A stretch of 64,000 nt of DNA. It comes from Phoronis australis (lineage: Eukaryota; Animalia; Phoronida). Position 1 is the stretch's first letter, and each line of letters opens with the position of its first letter. Shown piece after piece: positions 13,169-26,222 of the stretch. The notes under the pieces are model-generated. The model made no database searches, was not told the DNA's origin, and worked only from the letters and a program-made list of their open reading frames with translations. The stretch lies in the NCBI GenBank assembly GCA_002633005.1, contig NMRA01000469.1:284262-348261 (forward strand), written 5' to 3'. Position numbers and translations under genes: made by a program.

Positions 13169-15792
13169 GAGAATAACAAACATCAATTTTCGGGTGTTTT
13201 GTTTCTTATCCGATTTTAAGGCATTCACACCGCACTACGTTTTGGAAGCTCTCTCGCTGCTATATAGCTTACTTAGGTCATAGGACTAGAGTTGAATCAG
13301 GAAGCAAACGCAAAATTATAACTAACTTCTTTATCACTGTAGTTAGTAGTACTAGTTGCTGCAACAATCTTATTGTTGTTGTTCATCTATATCTTATCTT
13401 TAACGGATAATCTAGGGCTGGACCTTTTCCGCGGGGGGATTTCGATTGGACCCCCGAACCTTCCCCCCCCCCGGCTACGGGCTTCAGTGACTTCAGATCG
13501 CCCGGTCGTTTACAATTTCACACTTCCCTCCTTTTGTCCTTTTGAAATACTTCTTGGTGCACCAGTGCAAATAATCAAAGTAAAAAAAGGTATTTTTTGT
13601 CGTTTGAAGAGACCCGCTGTGTTTAAATAACAGTGTGAAACGCATTGAGTTCTTTGAAAGACTCCCCGCTCGTAAGTGGGGACTATAAGTCGGGTGTTGG
13701 ACACTCGACTCACTGGTTGGTCTATACCAGATAAAACTGAAACATGCCGTTCTTTCCAATATCAAACAAATAAAAAACACAGACCTTAACATGAAAATTC
13801 AAAGAAATTTAACAATTAATGTCTCTATAGACCACTTTAGTTGATTTCATTTGCTGTTATTGGAGAAAAATAATTCAGGACTATGTTATATAACACAAAC
13901 GCACCTAGTTCGGTTTGATGAAAGCAAATTTTCTGAAGATTGCGCCACTGTCGCAGAAACACTGGAGATCTCCATGATGAAAATTCAGCACTTCCTTTCA
14001 GGCTCCTTGTAGCTTTGCGACTCAATACTGCGCGCTACTGCAATGGGTTAAATAGTAAAGCGCCACCTATATTGACCGTGGGCTGTTGGGTCACTTACAA
14101 GAAGAACATGCTGATAACATATGCAAACAACATCACCGTTCACATTGTGATGCAACACAGGCTCAACTTTGAGGACCGATTTTATGAGAGTAAAAGGCCT
14201 AATTTGATTTGTAGCCTGCAAAACAAGACGAAATGCAGCTTTAACGGACTGAGGCCAAGGTATCACGAATTTTTTTCGTGCCCGCAAGCATGCATGGAGC
14301 TGGCTTTGGAAAAAATAGTGCCCACAAGCGTGAAGTTGGCGAGGACACGAAATTTTTTTTTTTTTGATCCCGGTTGCCATGTTCGACGGAAGCCCTGAGT
14401 GTAAGAGCCGGTCGACTTGGCGCTCCCTCAAGGAACGTGAAATCCGTTGAAATTTCTCTGGGGTAGGCTGTTGGTCAGGGTACAGCATTTTTGGGCAGTG
14501 TTGGCAACGGTCCCGTCCGTTCAAGGAAATATAAACTTTACAGTGGCTACTAGGGGGTTGACCCAGATCGGTCAACATTCAACTTAATTCTTAAATTAAT
14601 TTCTCTGCCTGTTACCAAGTACCATGGGATCACTATGCGTCCTAGGTGGTGGTTCTTATTAGGAACCAACCTATAAATACGTATTGGTATATAGTGAATT
14701 GTTAGACTTGCATTAAACTAATTCAACGGTGAATTGTCTACTGTGCTCTTCCTGCAGCTACAACTGCTACTTTTTTGCATTATCCGTTAGAACATTTGTC
14801 CCAAATACCGGTCCAGTCTTGGCTGGCGAATTAGATGGAGTATAGAAATTGAATGTAATGTTTCTTACATAACGTTTTAATGAATTTGACCTATTTTTAT
14901 TGTTACGTATTTGAGTTATTACAGAATGGCCTATGGTTCGAGGTGCTTATGCGAAAATGAATAACATGTTTTTAATTTTCATAACAGACGAATTTATTAA
15001 TTAATTTTTTAATTATAATTTTTTTAAATTGTGGTGTCGTTTATGTCAGATTTCTATCTTCCGATGGCGGGTTTCTTTTGCAACTACGAACTCGTCTCAT
15101 TAGAATTAACCTTCTGAAGACTGCGATATACTGAGAAAAATCTTTTCCGTCAACTTTTGTTAATCCAAGTTAGTCTTTCATGAATGTATGAAATGCCCGT
15201 TTTAAAGTTCTCAGACTTTTTTCACTTGGGTTTCTCCAGTATAAGTCACGTATTTTCATACTTATTTTCAGCTTGAACTGGAAATTGAACTAATTATTCA
15301 TATGAAGGTCCATGAACAAAATGGGCAATACTAATGGAAAATGCACGTCATGGAGTACCCAATTTTTCTCGCGATTATATTTTAGGCTGGTGAGTGTTTC
15401 CATTATAGACATCTTAATACTATATGTGATGTCTATGGTTTCCATTCGCTTTGTAAGACTATTTCGAATCTATTACCCGGCGATCCGTATCACGACCTGT
15501 TTGTACGTTGCGAACTAAAGTAAACAGACTGCAACGGGTGATGTGGACATTGATGTATAGCATGATGATGTATTCACCGCTGCACTACAAGCTCTTCCTC
15601 ATGGTTTGCAAGGCAAAGAACGAGACACATACATGTGTTTTTCATGAATTATTTTTCATAGTCTTCTTTAAGTCCACCTTACATGTAATATAACCAGGAA
15701 AGCATTACCTGTCTTCCTGATGTAGCATAATGCGTACAAATATTGGAAACAAAAATGTTGAAATTTTTCCTTCGTGTTTTTGACTCGATGAC

Positions 15793-15906
15793 GACCTCCA
15801 CAGCACTTGATGACCTCCACAGCACTTGATGACCTCCACAGCACTTGATGACCTCCACAGCACTTAATGACCTCCACAGCACTTGATGACATCCACAGCA
15901 CTTGAT
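15793..15906. repeat. Minisatellite, 19-bp unit x6
   Basis: gacctccacagcacttgat in tandem. Confidence 0.95.
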
Positions 15907-16934
15907 GAGCGCTACATCACTTGCTAATGTCCTGAAAAATAAAACATGGCAGTAATTATCATCAGAAAACGGAACACAAACCACTGATTTCAGAAAATTG
16001 TAAACCCCTCTCATGTTGAGGGTTAAACTGTGGCAGCCGTGCGGCCGGAGGTAGACGAGAAAACAAAACGAGAGCGCTCGGAGGAGCTACACTTGGCGAA
16101 ATAAGAACAAAATAACGAAACAGGAAGAAAAGAGAAAATGCAACAGAACCTCTCTCAACTACCATTGCTTGATTTACCCTTCGAGTACCCTAGTCAGGAC
16201 ATTGCTCTTAGGGTGCCCATTTTTTAACATGGGTCGTATCAATGCACTCAGTGAAAAGCGTCCACGTAATCATTCATACATCTATTTTCAAAAAGTCGAA
16301 ATTTTCTTTAAAGAAAAGCTTTTACAGAGCGTATCAATTCCCTGGACAGTTCTAGGGAATTCAAAACTATATTTCTCCAGGGACATCTCTCTGGGCAAGA
16401 GAAGTTGGAGTCATGTGTCGCTCTCGGTTTGTAATGATAAGTGAGCGGTTCGGCTGAAAGTAAGAGAAGAGGAGCCCGCCGGTTACCAAGTATATTGTTC
16501 AAAAGCAAATATCAACTCGTGAATTTACCAATCCTCAATTATATGCATAATTACGCGTCATGACAAATTATCAAAATAACTATAACAATTGGCTAGGTGT
16601 AAAGATTTCCGTTACCCGATTACAGGTTCTGATAGGTCGTTTCTTTAAATCGTAAATCACTTGATAAAAATTAAAAACCTGACAGACAGCGTCAACAGTT
16701 GTTCAATTGTCACAGATCCTTTCACTGATATTTACGGGTCCAGTCCTTGGAGGGAGCCCGTTGACGGCGTCCATGAGGCCATCCTGCCTTTTATATTTCT
16801 ATTGATAACTTTTTACTTAAGGGGCCACCGAGAGATGTCGTTTGCCTTTATTTTTTCGATTTTTTTGTGAAAGCGAAGGAAGGTCACGCTGTTGAAAGGT
16901 TACTCGATGACGGAAGTAACTGATGACAGTTCTG

Positions 16935-17324
16935 CAGGGTGTTCCAAAATGTGCTCACATTTCAAATGCATTGTTTATTGACTCAGGAACAAGGTTAGTT
17001 TGAATTCACAAACAGGAGCTCATAAGTCTTTAGAACCAAATTATACGTATTGCTCATTAATTTGGGAAGATTATAATCTTTTGCACTTCCTTGATGTTTT
17101 TAGTTTCCAGTAGTAGTGCGCGTTCTCCAAAACTGAGTCGTGTGTTACATTACCATACCAGTGCCTGCAAAGTACGGTGATGGCTCACGCACCCACTTTC
17201 AAAAAAGGTATACGTAATAACCATATGATAAGTCGGTGAAGGTGCTAAATCCGGTCAACAGGAACTAGTGAATTTGAAGTCCCGGCGTTGTAATAAAGTG
17301 TAAATACGTTTTTGGAACACCCGG
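16935..17324. mobile_element. Tc1/mariner-type MITE remnant
   Basis: Ends cagggtgttccaaaa ... tttttggaacacccgg; similar to the maT TIR at 42760-42792. Confidence 0.55.
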
Positions 17325-17566
17325 CTGTGTATTTGTTGTCCGCTTGACACCAGAGAAAGTGGCGGGATACAATGAGTCGCAACTAGGCTGTGTACCACGC
17401 ACTCGGAACCCACCCTTTCAAAATATGACTTCAAAGCATGACTCTAGTACACTGAATGAGATTTATGGCCCCAAACTGGACCATAAAAGGAATCTTGACC
17501 TTCAGCTGGCCACTTGTGTCGATTTCAGAAGCACGTCTTCTGCAAACTTGAAAGGACATGGGTTAA

Positions 17567-19807
17567 AGGAGAGAGCAACCTTTTTTCACCATTTTAGTAA
17601 AAATTACGCTAGTCGCTGATTATCCCACACATGTTTTAGTTAATTACGGGTTCCAGCAATTTAATTATTCAGTTATGTCCTATTCTGGAAGTGACGTTTG
17701 GGGTTCATGACAGCGTTTTCCCGTTCAGTAGCTTTACCAGACGTAGAAGGTTCTGAGCGTGTGATAACATCTAGCTTTTTTGTTAACTGCCAAGCACACT
17801 CTTTTGCCTGTTATGAAAACAAGCAGGCCAATTATTTACCAGGCTTATTACAGACCATGTGTGACCACAGTCAAACTCAGCGTACGCGTGTTAATTCGGA
17901 AAGAATAGATTGTCGTAACTTCGGTTGCAGTTGGGTGATTTTGGCGATTCAAAAACCAAACATGATCACCATTTGACGAAGATTTCAGAAATGCTATTGG
18001 TTTATGTTCAAATGTGTTATAACTTAACTTTTATTTAACAGCACAGACCAGTCATCGGGTACTTACTTATGGGAGATTAGAGCAATTATCGAACAAAAGA
18101 TAGCTGGCCCGCCAACCTTAATGCCAGAATGGAGATAATCAGTCGTGTAAGATATTGGCTACAGGGGTAAACTTCCCAACTTGTTGTTGGGATATAGAAT
18201 CGAACAAGTTGGGAGCAACGGGAAAACATCGTTGTTCAAGTCATTTTGTTTTGATGTTGGGTGACTGAGCTGTCGATTAGTTGAGTCGTCGTTTGCGTTT
18301 GTTTACGAGTCAGTTATATGCCGCACTGTTGCTGTGAATCGGGATGGATTCATCATCGTACTTTGGGTATGCCATTACATATCGGTTCCGGCGGATAACG
18401 CACTTCGCCGTACTTGGCTCGGGTGACCTAGAGCCCGTCCACGCGACAACGTACAAAGCAGTGGAGAATAATACCGAGCGTGTGGCTACCAATTTTGCCG
18501 TCGGATTATGTGCAAGACATATGTACGCGGAAGAGATCTCGAAGGCTCCAAAACAACGCCTGAAGAAGGGTGCCAAACCGTCGCTTTTGATTCCCGATAG
18601 TGCCCCGTCGCTACCCCCGAGAAGTGTATTTTTGAACCGAGAAGCCTCGCGAGCTGTGACCTCTACAGCGACTCGATGCCCTTCACTTGAACTGCATGGC
18701 ACATGCCGGCGGCGGAGTCGGAAAAAAACGGGAGGCTATAGCCCCCCACCCCCCTGTGGTGCGCAGCCCATGGGACTACAAGTTACTACTGTCATCCTAG
18801 CCACCCACTGCAGCTAGTTGTATACAGACTATTGTCAAAATACAGCTGGGGAACAATGTGTGTTGAGCTCCGTGAGAACCCGAAATTTCGCACAGCCTGG
18901 TCTGCTCGTCACACCTCGTCGTGACTGAACTAGTAGAGCTAACGACCGGCGAGGGTGCATGCAAAATCTAGGAGTCAACCAACACTCACCTTGCCTCTTG
19001 GAGTTGTTTAAGTGAAAAACAATCTAATAAACGTCATTTTCCTGCATAATTCTCCGCCATTACCGAAAATTCGTTGTTTTCAGTGAAAAATACGCTCGTT
19101 ACACGCGCACGCACGCACCCCGGCATTTCCTAAAATTTTGCGACATCCGTCTCGCCGGAGATGATGACAGCCTAGTAGCAGCAAAGTTTATTCTGAAATT
19201 CGATTTGCTGATATTAAAATACTAAAAACTTAACGAAATGAAACCAGTTCCGATAATTTATTGTGACCTGTACACAATCTCGTGGAAGAGAAAACAGTAA
19301 ATTGAAGAATCGGGGGAAAAGGAACTGTCAATCGTTGACGCAAAATTTCATAGCGCCGAAACCTGACGCAAAAGATGGCACCTCAACTTTAGCAGCAGAA
19401 TAACGGTAGAACGCCACTTTTTCCAACACCGATAAATAATTTAGTGTACGTTGTTCCAGCCGTCCGTGGGATGCCCGAGGTCCACTTTACCATGTCCCAG
19501 AGGCGTGCTCTCCACCAGAAACACCTTTCTGTTTGTGAAGACACTGATGTACTTCGGTATTAATTTTGTAAAGTTTTTCATTAAGACGACAAACAGAACA
19601 GAGATCCTCACAGTAAACTCGAACGCAGGCAGAAAAAATGGTAGAAAATTCTAAGCCCACTGGCAAAACGTCACTTCCGGAATAGCCTAGGGCATGCCAC
19701 TAATTGATTTAATTACGGGAAGTCGTAATTAACTAAAAATTTTCTAGGATAATCAAAAAACCGTATTTTTACCCAAAAATGCCATGCCACAAAGGTTGCT
19801 TTCTCCT
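17567..19807. mobile_element. Kolobok-like DNA transposon remnant containing a decayed THAP domain
   Basis: TTAA|AGGAGAGAGCAACCTT ... AAGGTTGCTTTCTCCT|TCAA. Its right end is homologous to the MITE at 51679-51888. The internal 18820-19310 segment recurs at about 34900-35400 (inverted) and partly at 53170-53356. Confidence 0.7.
18318..18650 (+). pseudogene. Frameshifted THAP zinc-finger domain
   Basis: Across frames: MPHCC, YRF/ADNALRRTWL, SDYV, QRLKKGAKPSL. This matches the THAP C..C / FP..W / LK.GAVPS layout. Confidence 0.7.
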
Positions 19808-20118
19808 TCAAACTGTGCGGATTTCCCTTAAAAAATGTTCTCGGTTTCACTGAGAAATGGGTCTTTGAGATAAAAATCAAGTCCCTAAAAATATGCCCAT
19901 TTATCGGCCGTTTGTGTTGGCAAAACTTTGCTAAGTTGAATGGCCGCGAGGAATTTTTCCTCAGACTCGCCGGGTAACGCGGTTGCATGATATTTCACGA
20001 TGTGAGTGGGTGTGATAATTTTCCACATTTCTCGACGCTAGGTGCGCTGCATATCGAGCTTGCTGTGCCATCTCTGATAAACAGACAGCGAGAGCCTGAA
20101 CTTCGTTTCGAAGCTGGC

Positions 20119-20140
20119 ATGGATCCGAGTAAACTAACAG
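20119..20140 (+). CDS. C1orf50: C1orf50/DUF2452 homolog, putative coding exon 1 (MDPSKLT)
   Basis: ATG GAT CCG AGT AAA CTA ACA G followed by gtactg donor, in a CpG-rich stretch. The phase-1 end matches the start of the next exon. Too short for homology support. Confidence 0.6.
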
Positions 20141-21799
20141 GTACTGAGCTGACAGCTTAATAGTTGCTGATTTCAATTGTAGCCTAATAGCTATACGTCA
20201 TTGTAATGGGAAACTAAAACACTGGGGTGTGCTTATGCGAACAGAACGGGCGTTCTTGCGATTTGGTCATTCCAGCGGCAACGAACGCGGCAATCGTAGA
20301 CGTAGTAGCCTCAACAGTCAACACGTGAACGTTTTTAGTGGATAGGGTTTCTTCATAAAAGCCCTGCCTTTGTTAGTTTGTCTTACAGTAAGTGAATATT
20401 GGAGTGGGACAATATCTTTATCAACTTTTTACACATTTTTCATAATTCTCACATAATCCACATGGCAATACCAGGTTCGAGAACTGAGTTGTGTAACTGT
20501 AGTATGGCTATGATGTAAGTTGTGTTGCATAATTCTCATCTAAGCCTGTTCACTGCTTGTTGGTCCCCTAGCTCATAGTCTACCAACCCTGTGTGCTGTT
20601 TAGTTTCTGTTACATGCTGAGGGTTGGTTAGCCTTGGTACAAGAGCTGTATAATTATTTTGATGACAGTCTTCATACAGTTAGCTGGCTGGCAAAGGGTT
20701 GGTAACCCTCCTTTGTGTTTTTGCCTCATAGTTCATAACGCTAAATCGTCGTGAGAGACCATCCGGAGTTGGTATATGGTGCAACTCCGGACAGTCTGGG
20801 CTCAACAGAAAACCACAGTTCTACTGTGAGCCTACACCAGTGTGATAAACGAGACTAGTTCTACTTGCGCATCAGCTGCAGGTATCATTATCTCTTTTAT
20901 GACACAAAATGTGTAACTGGGCAAAGCCTTTTCAAACAAGGGTGTATAAACCAGTGGAGCGTGAGACCCCTGAGGTCCCTGTCAAGTCCTCATGACAATT
21001 CTGTGTTATGTGACTCCATTTTCAGGAGTTAAGCAGCTGACAACCTGCGTTCCATATAAGAAGTGACATCGCTTTTGATTTCAACTCCAGACGGTGGCGG
21101 ATTCCAAATTCAGGCTAAATCTATTGTCAGTCTTGTCCATTGTGGTCTTTTGTCTGGCATTATGACTCACACCTCAGTTAATAGTTTCTACCACAAATAT
21201 TATTACTACCAGCCTTGTGTACGAAAGCTCAAGAGCAACACACTTTACAAAGAGTTTTTGGGTAATATTCCTATATAATAGGTGGGTCCCTGTTTTCAAG
21301 CTGATTTGAGAACCATATACTCCCACTGAATAAGGCCTGGTATTCAGTAAGAGTTACTGGTTCTCAAATCAGGGACCCATATATCCGACTATGCACAAAG
21401 ACGCACACTCAACTAGCTCTGTAATTGAGTTTGTCTATTCTGCCGACTGGCGCATCATAAAGCTGAGTTTAAGGCCTTTAGCACTAGATTAGAATGGTGG
21501 ACTAATATTGTTTCTCAACCTCAAGAATTTTAGAGGTTTTGTGATTTAGACCAGTTTCAATTTAGGGTGGTACTAAATTTTGTATGCTCAAAGAAACAGA
21601 GAACTGAGCAGGCCAAAGTTATTCCGAATACGTAAGCACAACTCAAAAGCTTTAGTTTGGATAATTTTTCTCAACCCTCTTAAATTATCTCTCCACTTCA
21701 TGTGAACATGAATTTCATCCCGCCATTTGGCGTCCATTGTGTTATCCCCTAGTCACTGTAAACATGTCTTAAAGCAACAAATCTAACAAGTGTATGAGT

Positions 21800-21896
21800 G
21801 TTAACGGAATACTTAGGTTTTGATCATCAGTCATTCAAGCTATTCTCAGTTAATGGAATACTTAGGTTTTGATCATCAGTGATTCAAGGTATTCTC
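21800..21896. repeat. 49-bp tandem duplication
   Basis: gttaa(c/t)ggaatacttaggttttgatcatcagt...tattctc x2. Confidence 0.9.
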
Positions 21897-21914
21897 TTTG
21901 AAAAGGTTCGCAAC

Positions 21915-22059
21915 CAGTGTTCGAACTTCAGCAAATAAATGTACTGCCCCAGGTCTGAAAAATTACTGGCCCGGGTGCCATGTTAACTTTTAAAATTACT
22001 GGCGCGGCTGCAAATCTACTGGCCCCAGGGCACCAGGCCAGCATCTATTTTGAACGCTG
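21915..22059. mobile_element. hAT-type MITE
   Basis: TIRs cagtgttcgaa/tttgaacgctg, 8-bp TSD ttcgcaac/tttgcaac, internal tactggccc repeats. Confidence 0.75.
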
Positions 22060-22544
22060 TTTGCAACACCGTAGAGACATCTCGTAAAGTGAAGCTTTAA
22101 AGTTAGGACAGTGTTAGTCTGGTCAAGGGACAATGGTGACAATTTGTGACGGTAGGTCAATTATCATGCTAATCTACAATATTATCCAGCTGCGAACTAG
22201 TGTGGACTAACCCTCCAATGTGAAAGCAGCTTCTCATTCATTTCATCACTAACCAATTATTCTGTCCACATTCTGAACACAACCTAACAATGGTGTATGG
22301 TTTTATTTTTTGATACTTCAGGTACCCAGTTTCCCAGGTCCACATATTCTGCATTCCTGTCTGGAATTTGATTTTATGACAGCAGCCTCCTACCCATCAC
22401 TGTGAGGTGACTTAAAGAGTACTTTGAGATGTAAACTGCAATCTAAAAGTCTCCCTGCTTCATGTTGAAAGATTGAATTTCATCCTGGAGTCCATTAACA
22501 TTAAATACAGGTTTATGATGTATATGGTGTTTTGTGTATTGTAG

Positions 22545-22663
22545 ATGTGGCCCTTGTGGAGACAGAGACACGACCATGTGGGGTACAGCTGGTCAACACA
22601 AAGAAAACAAACAAAATGTCAGACCCTACAGACCTTGTAGCACTGGCACAGCAAGTACAAAAG
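22545..22663 (+). CDS. C1orf50: C1orf50 homolog exon 2 ([40 protein letters not shown])
   Basis: tag acceptor and gtag donor. Contains the [11 protein letters not shown] motif of the C1orf50/DUF2452 family. Confidence 0.92.
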
Positions 22664-23246
22664 GTAGACTCTACAATGAATCATCCAGAAATTGAATAAG
22701 AACTGCTGCTCCTCCACATTGTAATCAAATGATTGGCCAAGTATGTGTGATGCATATCTTGTCTGGCTGGCGAGAAACAACTTTAAAATATCTGGAATGT
22801 GGTTGAGCTGAGTTTTCAGGGAAATCATTTCACAGTAAATCAATTCTGTAGTATATGCAATCAAGTGTGGTGTGGCTGGTACTTACATTATTTTAAAAAG
22901 CTGCAAAAACATGTCAAAAATTGGCCTTTGGTTTAGACCTCTGAGACCAGACTTGGTTTCTGATTTTGGCAATAAATGGCAGTCTCAATATGTTGGCCTT
23001 AATTGTCCCAGCGGTCCATTTGATGTAGCAATGATTGTTTTAAGCAATGTCAAACAATGAGTTTATTCTAAACCCTGACAGAATGACTGGTTTTACTGCA
23101 GTAAGCGTTCTTGATAAATACACACAATGCAGGGTTTGCCATGTTTTTGGTCAACGATATACGATGAATACTAAGTGACTTTGTTAACATTTATTAACAA
23201 TGCGCAGTAATTTAAATGGAAGTATTTTATTTTCATTACTTTTTAG

Positions 23247-23351
<105 letters not shown>

Positions 23352-25234
23352 TAACTTACCTGCCTTTTACAACAGATATGGTACGTAGTCTATGCGCTTA
23401 AGTGTAACCCATTGGCTTGTATCACGCTTTAGAGCACTTTCGTGCTAGCGTGCTTCATGACAGGGCGCAGTTTAAAGACATAGTTTCACACCAAAACAAC
23501 TGCTTTTCAAAGAATAGCATTGCAGGAGCCCGTTACTCGGGCTAGTTACTGTCCGCACAGCGTGATTAATTAGATAAGCCCAGCAGTAATGACCTTCTGA
23601 ACAGAGAGGGGGTCGAAACCATTAAAAATCACCCGCACTCGAATTAATTTAATCCCCATAATGTTTATTTAATTGCAAAAATACGACAGGTAAGTAGCAT
23701 TCAAGCAACTACACACAATTATGTTGCAAAAATCGTGTCCTTCGATGTTATACGCCATTAGTAATGTTGTTCGCTTACTAGTGTGGCCCAAGGCCTACTA
23801 GCTTCCGCAAAGCGACAGCATGTACAGTTTTGAATATTATCTAAAATTTCACTTACCTTGGTTTCGAACCATACTGCGATTGCAGGCTGTCGACCTTGAA
23901 ACAGTCTGCAGAAAAAAGTTAACTCCATATCACCGAATACAGCGACGCTCCACTAAATTTTCTCGTGGACCTCACGAAGTCTTCCCACCTGCGACGCAGT
24001 CTGGGGTTAGTGGGAAACCTATGTAATGATACCCCAGAGTGACCCAGACCATGACACATTGTCACAGCCTCCAATCACACTACAGTCCGGCATTGTTCTT
24101 CAAATTTTTAATCGAGTTGAAGTATAAAAATGTGTTTAATGTCAAAATAAGTATTCCAATTGGCACACAACAACAGTGATACGTCGTGCGTAGACAGACA
24201 GTGCGAAAGACATGCGGCTGTACTCGAACACTTTATTGAGGACTCATTGCTAACTACTGTGAAGTGTTTATGGCAACGCACAAGACCATGTGCATATGTG
24301 TCACATTTCAGAGAATTAATTGGCAAAAGTTGCATAATAAACCCATTCTAACAAACAGAAAGCTTCCATTTGTGCCAGATAGTCCCAGTACAAATCTATG
24401 GACAGACTCGGCAGTGATCGGGTCCGCTTCCGGACGTGACATGATTCCGAAGATAGCCGAAGTTGAAAATTTTCTGTTCTCGAAATTTTGTGGGGAAGTG
24501 GGAGCGTGTTTTACACGAATAATAGAAGAATATAGGGTATGAAATAAAAAGAAATGTGGTTTATAAGCAATCTTTATTAACAGTCAGCACATGTGTATAC
24601 ATATTAACTACAACCAGGAAGAGATAACCAGGAAGGGACAACTGTTTTAGCGCATTTTAACGTGTTTTCAAAAGTGATTTCAAAAGTAAATGTTAAAGTC
24701 GTCTGGAATCCAAGCATTGTTTTTGAAAGCTTAACTCTTTAGCTATAAAATGACACCACTTTGGTCCCCAAAGACTGCACATTAATGGCACTAGGATGCT
24801 TTGAACATGACTTGTTTTACCCTTCCAAAAGATGCCTCTTCCCAGGCATGTACTCGGGCATGATCCTCTTTTTTGAACCAACAGATGTCACTAATATATG
24901 CAAATGAGGCTCGCATCTCCTACGTCATATATGACGTCATACGATGCGAACCCTCAGGTGCCTATATTGAATGACTTGAAACGCAGTTCTACCTGATTGA
25001 GCAGATCTAAGAAAATTAAAAACTCACACAACAAGTCAATGTTCAAAGAAAATTGAATGGTTTCACATGAAAATACATTTAATTGTATTTGGATACGCTT
25101 GCATGTGTGTAAGCGTGGACTTCGTCATTTTGCTTAAATCCAGATTTAGAAGCAGGTGTTAGTCAAGAAATTAGCTGCTCCCGCCACGGTGGCTGGTGTC
25201 GTGGCGTCTGAGTCGCCGGGAAGTCTGATCCATG

Positions 25235-25341
25235 CATGCGCAATTCGACGAACTAATGCTAGTCGCTGGTCAGCTCCGCTATGATTCATGCGCAATTCGA
25301 CGAACTAATGCTAGTCGCTGGTCAGCTCCGCTCTGATTCAT
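25235..25341. repeat. 52-bp tandem duplication
   Basis: catgcgcaattcgacgaactaatgctagtcgctggtcagctccgct(a/c)tgatt x2. Confidence 0.9.
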
Positions 25342-26152
25342 TTGAGACGTGCGGCTTAACTCGAACCAGCATACCCGTGTTCTGGCTTCAAGGCCGTTTT
25401 GTTTGACTCAGTTTCGGTAAAAGTTCATTTTAATACGGTAATTTCCTGAAGATTTTTTTTGAAAGATATGATCCCGAAATCCTTGGCCTATAGAGCTGTA
25501 TCAAAATTCCTTGTTGAAACACGGCCACTGGTCCAGCTTCTGCCGGGCGGCAGGGGAAAATGCTATGGAACGCGTGTCCCAAAAATGCACACACGTCAAC
25601 CCCTGCAGTTCAAGTTCTTTTCCCGTCAATCACTGTGCGCGGATTGTACGCAGCAGCCTACTGCATGACTACACCTTATTTTTAACGTGGGTGTGTCACT
25701 GAGTCACGACTTGTCCAGCCTTTGCAGTATACACGGGAATGTCAAGCAAACGATTCGGTTAAGACGAACCTAAATTCATTGCACAATACTACTGGGAACT
25801 ACAAGCATCAAGGAAATGCAAAGACAATCTTTCCAAATTTATAAGCAATGACTTGAACTTCTTTTTCGATCCGATCTACGGTTTGTAAATTTTTGAATTT
25901 CTTTAGTCTAGTTTTTAATTCAATACATTCATGAATATCACTGTTATCGTTTAGTGTCCTTCTTTGCGATATTGTGGTCTGATGATGGATCAAATTTTTG
26001 CAAGTCAGCCTTCAGCCTTCAACAAGTTCAGTAACGCATCGCCATTTCTTACAAGACAGCTTCTTTGCTCTTCACGAATGTTTTGTGTTTTTGATGAATT
26101 TGGAATCTCAACTTCCCTTCGTGAGTAGTTGCCAGTGTCATGTCGGAGGTGT

Positions 26153-26222
26153 ATAGAGGGCGCAGCACTGAAAAAAGTGGGGGCTAAAGCCCCCTCAGCC
26201 CCCCTGTAGTGCACCGCCTATG
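26153..26222. mobile_element. Short MITE of the CAT(A/G)GGCGGCGC...GCGCCGCC(C/T)ATG family
   Basis: Related G/C-run fragments at about 5720-5780, 18700-18771 and 30490-30528. Confidence 0.55.

Noticed and set aside
14048-14578. 176-aa minus ORF containing a 117-nt exon-like segment (14215-14099) with good splice signals
   Set aside because: No recognisable homology and no supportable partner exons.
24100-24400. Possible third THAP remnant (EHFIEDS)
   Set aside because: Only one motif recognisable; too decayed to call.
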